DNA of 64,000 nt from Phycisphaerae bacterium (GTDB lineage: Bacteria > Planctomycetota > Phycisphaerae > WQYP01), in the NCBI GenBank assembly GCA_035504095.1, contig DATJSN010000099.1, forward strand, positions 2,093 to 66,092. Reading direction: 5' to 3'. Shown here piece after piece: positions 20,206-31,000 of this stretch (the stretch's first letter is position 1; each line of letters starts with the position of its first letter). The notes beneath the pieces are model-generated. The model did not search any database. It saw only the letters and a program-made list of their open reading frames with translations, and was not told the origin of the DNA. A program made the position numbers and the translations under genes.

Positions 20206-23200
20206 TTTAATGCCCCCTTATTGAGTTTTGATCGCCGACGCGTCAAACTTAAAATCATTGATCCCATGCCCAGCAACAGAAGCCCGCCCGGTTCGGGCAC
20301 ATCGGATGGCGACGAAGAGGAAAAGGTCAATCCACCGCTACTTTGGGCGCTTCCGCCAACTTCCTGAGAGCCCAGAGCGCGAACCACATCGTCCAGGTCC
20401 GCTGCATCTACCGTGGTGCCGCCGTCAAAGGCATATTCACTCCACACAGGATTACCATTCGGATCTAATGTCGAGGCGCCTAATCCACGCACTACGTCAT
20501 CCAGGTCCGCGGCATTCACCGAACCGGCTCCCAACCAGTCGCCGTCCGATCGCTCCAGAACTACAAAATCGTCGTCCGAGTAATTCAGCACCGCCCAGAC
20601 CGTGTCATTGGCCGTGTTAATCCCGTAATCACCCACCACATCCTGGCCGGCGTAGGCGCCGTTAAATTCCACAGGCGTTGCACCAGTAAGCAGGGCCGCC
20701 GAGACAAATGTCCCTGTTTCAAGCGACTGACCATCGGCCACTGACGTGCTCGGGTTATACGCCGCCAGCACGGGACTGAGCACTCCGTCTGAGGAAGCCA
20801 CTGAATAACTCATTTGGAGTACGTACGTATCAGAGTTGGTGCCGTTAATCGTCGCTACGTCACTCAGAAGTTGCGTATTGTTGGATGGCGCATCCGCGAA
20901 CTGCACCGCCAATGACGTAGCGGTACTCGCCGTACCGCCAAGGAATTGAACGGTTGTCTGACGGCTATTGGAGCTGTCGTTGGCTGGACGCTGGATGTAG
21001 AACCCGTTATAGGATTGATTCTGAGCCAGCGCCGCTGTGTAGATTGTCGAACCGAGCGTAAAACCCGCGGGTACTGTGTTAACCACACTGGCCGTGTATT
21101 TATTTTGGTAATTATCCGGATTGTCGTTCATCATCGTGATATCCCAGGACAATCCCGAATTAAGTGTGGGCAAATTTACCGTATTAAATGAACCACTCAT
21201 AATACCGCCGGCCGCGTTGATCAGCGTATAACTGTCTCCGCTGGCAAGCGGTGTGGAATTTGACGTCGAAACCGCCAGAGCGCCGCCCAATGCCACAGTT
21301 CCCGAACTACCCGTAACCAGTTCGTCATTGGGCGGCGATTCAGCATTTGCGGGATCAACTTGCGCGGAGAAAGTCCCGTCAAGCGTTACATTTCCATTAA
21401 CCGTCAATGGGCCGATCGCGTCGCCTGGAGAAAGATTCCCGCTGGCAGTCACTGTTACATTACCAACCACCGTTCCATTGCCATTGAGTTCCTGAGAGCC
21501 TGAGCCGCCAAGCGAAAAACCGCCGGAGACGGCGGACACATTAAATATTCCGCCGCTTTGCACAGTAATCAAAGGAGTAAGCATTCTTGCGGAAGAACTG
21601 GCGACCAGCGTGGAAGCATTATTAATAATTGTGCTGCCTTCATTGATAATTGTTCCACCCAACGTCAGATTGGTAACGGTTGAACCATCACCCACAACCA
21701 GATTACCGTTGCCGCTGATTTTTCCGTTAAGTGTTTCAGTATTAGCGCCGGAAATTTTCAAGGTACCGCTGGTGATGGTTGTAGTTCCGGTATAACTTAA
21801 AGTGCCCTTGAACGTCTGTGTTCCGGTGCTATTGTCCACGAGGGACAGCGCACCCGCACTGGCTCCATTGGAAATACTTCCACCAAAGGTTTGACTTGTA
21901 TTGTCGCCGCCGAAGGTTAACGTCACAGCGTTGGTGCTTCCAACATTATTTATCGCTCCGCCCGTACCCTGCAGATTGGCGAAAGTTTCATTATGACCAT
22001 CAAGCTCAAGCGTACCGGCGTTAACGGTTAATGCTCCTGTGCCCAAAGTATTGGTCGCAGCAGCAATTAGCGTTCCACCGTTTACGACTGTACCGCCGGA
22101 ATAGGTATTAGGACCGCTGATGGTCAGAGTGCCGCTTTTTACCGCCAGTTCAGTCAGACCAGCACCGTTTTTAATCGTTCCTGAGAACGTGCTGGATGTT
22201 GTACCGCCGGCAAAGGTCAGTGCCGCCACGGACGAGCCGTTATTGGTAATGGTTCCATTACTGCCGGATATTATCGCCAGACTCCCCACAGTTGCACCGA
22301 TGCCGTCTAAATCGAGCGTTCCGCTGTTTGTGCCGTCACCGAAAGTCAAGCTGCTGCCGGTGGGAATAGCTGAACCGTTGCCGATGATCAATGTACCCTG
22401 ACCGATTTGAGTACCGCCTGTATAGCTATTGGCGATCGAAAGCGTAAGACTGCCGGTACCTTCTTTAACCAGACTCGTTGACCCGCCAATTGAACCAGTT
22501 CCACTGATCACATAATTGCCGGTGCTATTGTTGACCATTACTGAAGCCGGTGTCACAGCCGTGTTCAGAGTCACGTTGTAATTTGAAACGCTTTTGCTGT
22601 TCCATGTGTCATCGAAATTAACGGCCACATTCTGATAGTATTCGCTTAAAGCCAGACCGCTTGCGTTGTACCAGTTATAATTGCTCTGAACATCCCAATT
22701 TTCACCATTGCCGCTTGGAGAACTTGATGACGTACCCGTCCAATAGAGGACCATTGACGAAATTTGCATGCTGTTGGAATAAAAAGATTGCGTTCCTTCG
22801 GTTCCCAGATTGTCGTTATACAACATCAACTGATTCAGCGGTAACGATTCGTCCTCACTGTTCTGATTGGTTAATATTTCATTGTAGAAAGATTCCGCCG
22901 TGCCCTGATTAGAGCTTAGCGGCGTAACAGTAAGAGTAAAACTTGTTGAAGAGGTAAGAGTAAAAGTAACGGTCAGTCCGTTGCCGTTATTCTCGGTGGA
23001 ACTGCCGTCATGAACCGACTTAATCCCAGTCAAAACATGGTTGGAAAAACCTGATGATTTTGTAGCATAGCCGCCGGAATCAAAGGCGTAATATGTTCCG
23101 CTGCCAAACGCGGCGAATTCAAAGAGCGGCGTGGAATAGCCACCATTGGGATACGGATTTCCCGTGAGATTTTGAAGTTGGAAACCTTCCGAGCCTTGTG

Positions 23201-23705
23201 TACCCATATTTCCTGTGGCAATGTTGATGCTGAAAGATTCGCCCACAGCAAGATTGGAACTAAACGGCCGATAACCAACTTGGCCAACTGGATCGACCGG
23301 CTCAACGTCACTGCTCCACATGTCCCATGAATTGCCCTCTGAGGGATTGAATGGATTCTGATCAGTGTTAATGTTTGGACTGGCTGTGGTACCGAAAAGA
23401 TCATACGCCGATGAGTCGTTAAACCCCCACGTACTACTCTGATCCACCCCGGAACCTGTCGAGTTGGATCCAAATGTGGGAGTACCTACCCACCAACTGG
23501 AAAATCCGCTTCCGCCATTTTGTCCGGTGCTCCACTGCCCGCCCGAATAGGGGGAATTCGATGCGTTATCCGAAGCGAGGCTCGCAGCGCCGCACGTGGC
23601 GCTGCGAGCCATTACTCCGACCAATCCCGCTAAAGCCGCAGCCATTATAATGCGGCGACTTTTCGGGTTGTAAACAGCAGCAGCGCCTCCAAGCTTGGCC
23701 GCCAT
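20202..23705 (-). CDS. PEP-CTERM surface protein with autotransporter-associated beta-strand repeats and a dockerin-like repeat
   Basis: LVKEGTGSLTLSIANSYTGGTQIGQGTL-type repeats; VNAADLDDVV and VDAADLDDVV; VPEPGGLLLLGMGSMILSLTRRRSK. Start at MAAKLGG after GGAG. Confidence 0.85.
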   Translation of the reverse strand: MAAKLGGAAAVYNPKSRRIIMAAALAGLVGVMARSATCGAASLASDNASNSPYSGGQWSTGQNGGSGFSSWWVGTPTFGSNSTGSGVDQSSTWGFNDSSAYDLFGTTASPNINTDQNPFNPSEGNSWDMWSSDVEPVDPVGQVGYRPFSSNLAVGESFSINIATGNMGTQGSEGFQLQNLTGNPYPNGGYSTPLFEFAAFGSGTYYAFDSGGYATKSSGFSNHVLTGIKSVHDGSSTENNGNGLTVTFTLTSSTSFTLTVTPLSSNQGTAESFYNEILTNQNSEDESLPLNQLMLYNDNLGTEGTQSFYSNSMQISSMVLYWTGTSSSSPSGNGENWDVQSNYNWYNASGLALSEYYQNVAVNFDDTWNSKSVSNYNVTLNTAVTPASVMVNNSTGNYVISGTGSIGGSTSLVKEGTGSLTLSIANSYTGGTQIGQGTLIIGNGSAIPTGSSLTFGDGTNSGTLDLDGIGATVGSLAIISGSNGTITNNGSSVAALTFAGGTTSSTFSGTIKNGAGLTELAVKSGTLTISGPNTYSGGTVVNGGTLIAAATNTLGTGALTVNAGTLELDGHNETFANLQGTGGAINNVGSTNAVTLTFGGDNTSQTFGGSISNGASAGALSLVDNSTGTQTFKGTLSYTGTTTITSGTLKISGANTETLNGKISGNGNLVVGDGSTVTNLTLGGTIINEGSTIINNASTLVASSSARMLTPLITVQSGGIFNVSAVSGGFSLGGSGSQELNGNGTVVGNVTVTASGNLSPGDAIGPLTVNGNVTLDGTFSAQVDPANAESPPNDELVTGSSGTVALGGALAVSTSNSTPLASGDSYTLINAAGGIMSGSFNTVNLPTLNSGLSWDITMMNDNPDNYQNKYTASVVNTVPAGFTLGSTIYTAALAQNQSYNGFYIQRPANDSSNSRQTTVQFLGGTASTATSLAVQFADAPSNNTQLLSDVATINGTNSDTYVLQMSYSVASSDGVLSPVLAAYNPSTSVADGQSLETGTFVSAALLTGATPVEFNGAYAGQDVVGDYGINTANDTVWAVLNYSDDDFVVLERSDGDWLGAGSVNAADLDDVVRGLGASTLDPNGNPVWSEYAFDGGTTVDAADLDDVVRALGSQEVGGSAQSSGGLTFSSSSPSDVPEPGGLLLLGMGSMILSLTRRRSKLNKGALK

Positions 23706-23786
23706 ACACTCTCCAAAACTCCAGAGGTCTACTGCAGGGTCTGAAGTCAAAAACTTCAACCTTGCACTACAACTTCTCAATGTACC

Positions 23787-24728
23787 TTAGATTTTCCTCC
23801 GGCGACGCAAAATCAAGCCAATACCACCTGCGGCTAACAAACCTAATGAAGCGGGCTCTGGCGTGATAGCCAAGTCATTAAAATATTCATCTCCGGTGTT
23901 CTGGGTATTATTATCAAATACGTCAACTTGCTGCATTGGGCCATTTTCAGAGCCCGAGTAACTGAAATAAGTAGCGGTTTCGGGCACGTTGGTCACATTA
24001 ATTGTATATGGGTTTAGTCCATCAGGATTATTACCGACATATACTGTTGCAACAATTCCACCGTTTAAGTCGCCGTATGTGATGTCCCCATAGGTTTGAT
24101 TCTCGCCGGTAAGAAGGTCCGTACCATTATTATCAGTTAATGTCATACCATCGGAATCTCCACCTTCATATTTGAGTGTTATATCTGGATTGGCACCTGC
24201 ACTGGCGCCTTGTCCCGTATCAAGACTGAAACCGAAATATTGACCGGAACCACCAATTGCAGCGGACAACAAATCAATACTAAAAATCTGGCTATATAGC
24301 GTCCCAAGACCGGAAGGATCCTGATAGCCGGAAGGGTTGGGTAAGAATGGACGATATAAATCAATTCTTCCGTTGGCGGGATTGCCGCTATTGGCATAGG
24401 TTGCCCAAGCGTAGCCTCCACCGTTATTAGAATTACCGCTGCCTGATTGAATGGGTGCAGAGACGTTGCCGTTATAACCCTCGTCCAAGTAGGTGCCAAC
24501 ATACGGCGGATTGTTGGCATTGGATAAAACAATTGTCCATGGCCCAAAGCCGGTGCCATATGAACTGCCAGTCCAACCACCTCCGGCATAATTCGATGCA
24601 GTATCAAATGCTGCAAGCGCCGCCATACTGGTTTTACATGATAATCCAATTGTCGCTGCGGCAATCGCCATGGATGCCATAACCGGCAAATTTTTACGTA
24701 TAAAACCCGATTTCACGCCAATAGACAT
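23787..24728 (-). CDS. Small PEP-CTERM surface protein
   Basis: Signal peptide, a single Gly/Asn/Tyr-rich domain and TPEPASLGLLAAGGIGLILRRRRKI; GGAGG RBS before the ATG at 24728. Confidence 0.88.
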   Translation of the reverse strand: MSIGVKSGFIRKNLPVMASMAIAAATIGLSCKTSMAALAAFDTASNYAGGGWTGSSYGTGFGPWTIVLSNANNPPYVGTYLDEGYNGNVSAPIQSGSGNSNNGGGYAWATYANSGNPANGRIDLYRPFLPNPSGYQDPSGLGTLYSQIFSIDLLSAAIGGSGQYFGFSLDTGQGASAGANPDITLKYEGGDSDGMTLTDNNGTDLLTGENQTYGDITYGDLNGGIVATVYVGNNPDGLNPYTINVTNVPETATYFSYSGSENGPMQQVDVFDNNTQNTGDEYFNDLAITPEPASLGLLAAGGIGLILRRRRKI

Positions 24729-24779
24729 TTCGTTCCTCCCAAAAAACCACCCATCAAAATAAATGTACGCGACCAAAAG

Positions 24780-24807
24780 AGTTTAACCGGTTTACCGAAT
24801 TTGTCAA
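24780..24807 (-). promoter_or_regulatory. Sigma70-type promoter with overlapping LacI-type operator
   Basis: GTTTAACCGGTTTACC at 24781-24796; the minus strand reads TTGACA-N16-TAAACT. Confidence 0.8.
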
Positions 24808-24979
24808 GAAAATTTTATGGTTTTCTATGTTTTTCATAAAAATAATGCTTTCTTTATGGCGATTCAGCACCGTAATGCGCAACGCCATGTTTGAACTTCA
24901 GGTCCACCGTCCGCATTTTCATTCCTCAGTCTAATTTCATGCCGAGAAATAAATAGCAAACTTAGGCTGTACTCAATAT

Positions 24980-25005
24980 TAAAACAGGCTAAATAACCTG
25001 TTTTA
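24980..25005 (-). terminator. Probable intrinsic terminator after the giant PEP-CTERM gene
   Basis: Inverted repeat taaaacagg-ctaaataa-cctgtttta directly after the stop at 25008. The stem is short and AT-rich. Confidence 0.5.
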
Positions 25006-25007
25006 TA

Positions 25008-28000
25008 TCACTTTTTCCGCCGGCGAATCATCATACCCACGGCACCCACGGCCAATAATGCCAATGAACCCGGTTCCGGCACATCCGACGGGCTGGAGAA
25101 CGTCAGACCGCCGCCGACGCCGGCCGCTTCACCGGCTGCTTCCTGAGCGCCTAGGCCACGAACCGTGTCGTCCAGGTCCGCGGCATCCACGCCGGTGCTG
25201 CCGTCAAAGGCGAACTTGCTCCAGACCGCATTACCATTCGGATCCAGTGTCGAGCCGCCTAATCCACGCACCACGTCATCCAAGTCCGCCGCATTCACCG
25301 AACCGGTTCCCAACCAGTCGCCGTCCGCACGCTCCAGAACCACAAAATCGTCGTCTGAGTAATTCAATACCGCCCAGACCGTGTCATTGGACGTGTTAAT
25401 CCCGTAATCGCCTACCACGTCCTGGCCGGCGTAGGCGCCGTTGTATTCCACAGGCGTGCCGCTGGTGTTCAGCAGCACCGCCGAGACAAAGGTGTTGGTT
25501 ATCAGAGACTGACCATCGGCAGTCGTCGTGTGTGGGTTATACGCGGCCAGCACGGGACTCAGCGCTGAACCGCTCTGCGGCGCCACCGAATAGCTCATCT
25601 GGAGCACATATGTATCTGAACCGGTTCCATCAATCACTGCCATGTCGCTTAATAGCGGGTACTGGGCGTTACCGGCAGGAGCATTCTGGAATTGCACAGA
25701 AAGCGTTGTACCCGTAGGAGAACTTACACTCCCACCGAGAAACTGAACATTGGTTTGACGACTTCCGGCGCCGGCAAGCCGCTGAATGTAAAATCCGTTA
25801 TAGGATTGATTCTGTGCAAGTGCCGCGGTGTAGAACCGAGTGCCTGACGTAAAGCCTGTGGGCACTGTGTTTACCACACTAATTGTATAATTACTCTGCG
25901 GTGTGACCGTGTTCATCAGTGTGGTATCCCACGTCAGACCGGAATTCAGCGTTGGAAGATTGACCGTACTAAAGGCACCGCCGGTAATTCCACCTGTGGC
26001 ACTGATCAGGGTGTAACTTTCACCATTGGTCAATGGATCAGAATTTGATGGCGTCACCGTTAACGTTCCACCCAGGCTAACGGTTCCAGAATTGCTGGTC
26101 ACTAATTGATCGTTAGGCGGTGATTCATTATTGTCTGGATCGACCTGCGCGGAAAACGTCCCATCCAAATTCACATTGCCGGTAACTGTCAGCGGACCGA
26201 TGGCGTCACCCGGGGAAAGGTTGCCTTGTGCACCCACTGTGATGTTACCAATTACATTCCCATTGCCGTTAAGTTCCTGAGCATTAGAACCGCCCAAAAC
26301 GAACCCACCGGAAACCGCTGAAACGTTAAAAGCTCCATTGGATTGAACCGTAATCAGGGAGCTGTTCGCAATCGAGCCGGACGCGCCGAGGGCCAATGTG
26401 CCGCCATTGATCGTTGTATTACCAGAATAGGTGTTGGCTGAACTGAGCGTTAATGAACCGCTATTGACTGTCAACACGGTTTGTGAGGTTCCATTCTGGA
26501 TAGTACCTGAGAAGGTGCTTGCGGCATTCGTTCCGCCGGCAAAAGTAAGAGTGGCAGATTGTGTACCATTGTTGGTTACGGTTCCATTGCTACCGGCTGT
26601 TACCGCCAAAGCTCCTACCGTTGCGCCTATGCCGCCTAGATCAAGAGTTCCATTATTGGTTCCATCGCCAAAAGTAACACTGCTGCCGGAGGGTATTGCA
26701 GAGCTATTGCCTACAATCAGTGTACCGTTACCAATAGTCGTACCGCCGGTAAAACTATTGGCTGTTGAAAGTGTGAGGCTGTCGGATCCCTCCTTAACCA
26801 GACTCGTTGAACCGGCGATGGAGCCAGTTCCGCTGATGATGTAATTGCCGGCGCTGTTGTTCACGCTCACCGAACCGGGCATCACAGTGGTATTCAGAGT
26901 CACCGTGTACGTATTTACCGGCGAACCGTTGGCAGTATCGTCAAAATTGACATTGTCGGTATCCGCATAAGTTGCATTGGCTAAGGAATCGGTTGAATCA
27001 TACCAGTTGGTGCTGCTGGTATCCCAGGCAGGTGACAGTGAACCAGTCCAGTACAAAGTCGCCGGCGTCGATTCGCCACCGCCAACGGTAATAATATATT
27101 CGTCTGAGTTTATAGACTTATGCCACGTCAAACCGACGGGCAAGGCCGGCAGATCAATTGTGGCAAATGCACCGTTGATTCCACCAGGGGCATCAATCAG
27201 AGTATAGGTATCGCCCTGGACAAATGGATCGGCATTGAATCCAGTTACATCCAATATACCGGCCAGAGTCATCTCGCCGCTGCCGCTAAGAATCAATTCG
27301 TCGTTATCGTTCGAGAGATCTGCATCGGCCTGAAACTCCAGTGTGCTGCCGCCAGTGCCGACAGTAGTTAGAGCAACATTCCCTTCAACGGTTATTGTTG
27401 AAAGAGCCGGTCCAGGATCGGTTACATTCAGGGTGCCATTAGCGCCGATAGCCAAAGTGCCTGCGCCCCCCCCCACTATTACTTCACCTACACTGCCTGC
27501 ATCAGGTAGATAATGCGACAGACCACCAGTAAGTGTTTGCAGTGTTGCTCCGCCACCGATGGTAAATGTGCTGGCGTTGGGACTAAATGTTCCAAATACA
27601 CTGATGGTTGCACTGGCCATTGATGAAACGGACGTGCCTAAAGCCAGCGTACCATAATCATTAATCTGTGTGTTGCCGGTATAGTTTAAAGCGCCATTCA
27701 GCGTCAAATTGAACGGAACATTTGTGTAGCCGCCAACGTCTAAATTCCCGGCGCCGGCGTTAAAGTTACCGTTGAGTGTTTCGGGGTTTGTACCACCAGT
27801 AATGACCAGCGTGCCACCTGTAAGCGTAGTAGCTCCGCTGTAGCTGAGCGCCCCTTGAAGGTTCAGCGTGCCGCCGGTTACCTTCAAACTCGTCTGACTG
27901 TTTCCATCATGAATTGCGCCGGTAAAGGTGCTGGAACCGCCGTCAAAAGTCAGTGCTGCGGCTTGAGTACCATTGTTGGTGATGGTTTGGGCTCCCGTAC

Positions 28001-31000
28001 CGACCACAGACAGACCGCCGACTGTGGCGCCGATGCCGTTAAGGTCCAGCGTGCCGCTGTCATTGTTGGAATCGCCGAACGTAACGGTGCCGCCAGTGGG
28101 GATGGCCGAACTGTTGCCCACGATCAAAGTGCCGTTGCCGACGGTTGTAGTGCCGGTATAGGTATTTGCCGTAGAAAGCGTTAAGTTGTCGGTACCTTCC
28201 TTGAGCAACGTAGCACTGCCACCAATGGAACCAGTGCCACTGATGACATAATTGCCGGCGCTATTATTCACGGTAACTGAATAGGGCTGAACAGTTGTGT
28301 TCAGGTTCACATTGTAATTGCCGCTGGTGTTGTGAGCATCGTCAAAAGTGACTCCATAACCATCCATATAAACGCTTGGGGTATCACTGGGAGTTTCCCA
28401 ATTGACGGTATTGTTAATGTCCCACGCATTGTTTGGCGATTGTGCACCGGTCCAGTACAAAGCCAGAGCTTCAAGAGAAATCACATAGCCGGAAGAATTT
28501 ATCGTTGTGACCCATTCAGAAGAGGTTGGAATCGGGAGTGTACTCAGATTTGAAGTGGAAAATCCGGTACCCGTCGCGTCAGAAATCAGGGTATAGCTTG
28601 AACCAGTCTTGAATGTATCACCATCGGTTGGGACTAAATCAAGCGTCCCACCATCAATAGTGGCTACATCACCAGCTCCCATGACCACTTCGTCATTCGT
28701 TCCTGTTGTATCCGGATTAATCCTTACCATTAGAGTGCCGCCCGATGTGCCAAAACTGAGATTGCCATCGATGGTAAGCGTAGCCTCACCGACCGCATTA
28801 AATGGTTCCAAAGTTCCATCGGGGCCAATCGTTAAGGTCGAGGCGGAGGTAATTGTGGCGGTGTTGCCTGCACCGCCAGGATCACCCGTGGTATGACCGC
28901 CAGTAAGCGTTTGGGGCGCCGAGCCGCCGAGCATAAATCCGCTGGTATCTTCAAGGTTTAAATTACCGTATACAGCGATTGATGAACTGGCAATTGATGA
29001 AGTATTTGAACCCAAGTTCAGAGTAGCATAGCTATCAACTTTTATTGTGCCAGCAGAGTTAATCGCTCCGTTGAGTGTCAAATCAGTTGAATTAGTGCCA
29101 TCGCCGACAATCAGACTGCCTGCCGTGCCGCCGGCAAAAGCGCCATTGAGCTGGTAATTATGCGGGCCGCCGATCTGTAAGATACCGCCGTTGAGCGTGG
29201 TGGTTCCGCTGTAACTGAGAGTTCCGTTGAGCAGCAGTGTACCGCTATTGACCGTTAGGCTGGTCTGACTGCTGCCATCCTGGATTGTACCGCCAAAAGT
29301 GCTTGATGTTGTGCCGCCGGCAAATGTCAATGCCGCAGCCTGTGTGCCGTTATTGGTGATGTATCCAGCGCTACCTTTTACCATAGCCAGACTTCCTACC
29401 GTCGCGCCAATGCCTCCAAGATCAAGGTATGCACTATCTTCGTCTGCATCGCTGAATGTCACCGCTCCGCCGACAGGTATGGCCGAAGCATTGCCAACAA
29501 TCAAAGTGCCATTCTGGATTTGGGTGCCACCGGTATATGTGTTCGCCGTGGAAAGCGTTAGACTCGCGGAACCTTCTTTTACCAAGCCTGTGAAACCACC
29601 TATAGTCCCGGTTCCGCTGATAACGTAATTGCCCGCACTGTTGTTTACGGTTACCCCTCCCGGCATCACGGTGGTATTGAGTGTGACATTGTAATTTCCG
29701 TTATTGTGGGCATCGTCAAAAATGACCAAGTCGCCATCGTTATAGACGATGGGGTTAATGCTGTCGGTGACATCATTCCAATTTTGGCTTGTGTTGATGT
29801 CCCACAAACCATTGCCTGAGTAATTATTCCAATAAATGGTTGGAGAAAAAATGGAAATCTCGTACGCTGACGAAGTTTCTGTCGTGATCCATTGCTGACC
29901 GGCCCCAAGTACCGGCAGATCTACAGTTGCGAATGAACCGGTGATGCCGTCTGAGGGATCTGATATCAGCGTATAGCTATCACCACTGGTAAAGCGATCG
30001 GCATTGTACGCAGTTACATCCAATATACCGCCCAGAGTTATCCCGCCGGAAACATCCAATTCATCATTCGTACCCGTTAGATCTGGATCGACTTGCAGTT
30101 CCAACGTGCTGCCGCCGGTACCGACAGTAGTGAGCGCAACATTGCCTTCAACGGTCATCGCAGCCAAAGCGGGACCCGGATTGGTGACATTTAGCGTGCC
30201 ATTAGCGCCGATATCCAAAGTACCGCTACCGCCGCCTACGATTACTTCACCGACACTTCCTGCATGGGGATCTAAATAAACCAGGCCACCTTCGAGCGTT
30301 TGTGCCGTTGAGCCGCCACCGATGGTAAATGTGCTGGCGTTGGGACTAAATGTTCCAAAAACATCGATAAGGGAACTGGCCATTGATGAAACGCTTGAGC
30401 CCAGAGTAAGCGTGCCGTAGCTATTAATCTGAGTGGTGCCGGTATAGTTCAAGGTTCCGTTGAGTGTCAAATTGAACGAAACATCCGTATAGCCGCCAAT
30501 GGTCAGATTCCCAGTGCCGGCGTTAAAATTGCCGTTGAGCGTTTCAGGGTTGGTGCCGCCGGTAATAATCAACGTACCGCCAGAGAGTGTTGTAGCGCCG
30601 CTGTAGCTTAGCGCCCCTTGAAGGTTTAGCGTGCCGCTGGTGACCGTTAAACCTGTCTGACTGCCGCCATTCACTATCGTGCCGGTAAAAGTACTTGAAC
30701 CAGTACCACCGGCAAAAACCAGTGCCGCGGCCTGTGAGCCATTGTTGATGATAGTACCGCTGCCTCCCGTTGCAGTACTCAAACTTCCGACTGTTGCGCC
30801 AATTCCACCGAGATCCAGGGTACCGGCATGGCTTCCATCTCCAAAACTTACACTGCTGCCGGTGGGAATCGCCGAGCTATTGCCTATAATGAAAGTGCCG
30901 TTACCAATGGTGGTTCCACCAGTATATGTGTTTGTCGTGGAGAGCGTCAGACTATCTGTACCTTCCTTGGTCAGACTAGCGCTGCCACCAATAGTCCCCG

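Larger units (their letters stand above)
20290..26330. repeat. Inter-gene direct repeat: 3' parts of the two long PEP-CTERM genes (~20290-21560 and ~25070-26330)
   Basis: Shared DNA such as tcctggccggcgtaggcgccgtt at 20641 and 25420; shared peptides YTAALAQNQSYNGFYIQR and DTVWAVLNYSDDDFVVLER. Confidence 0.85.
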
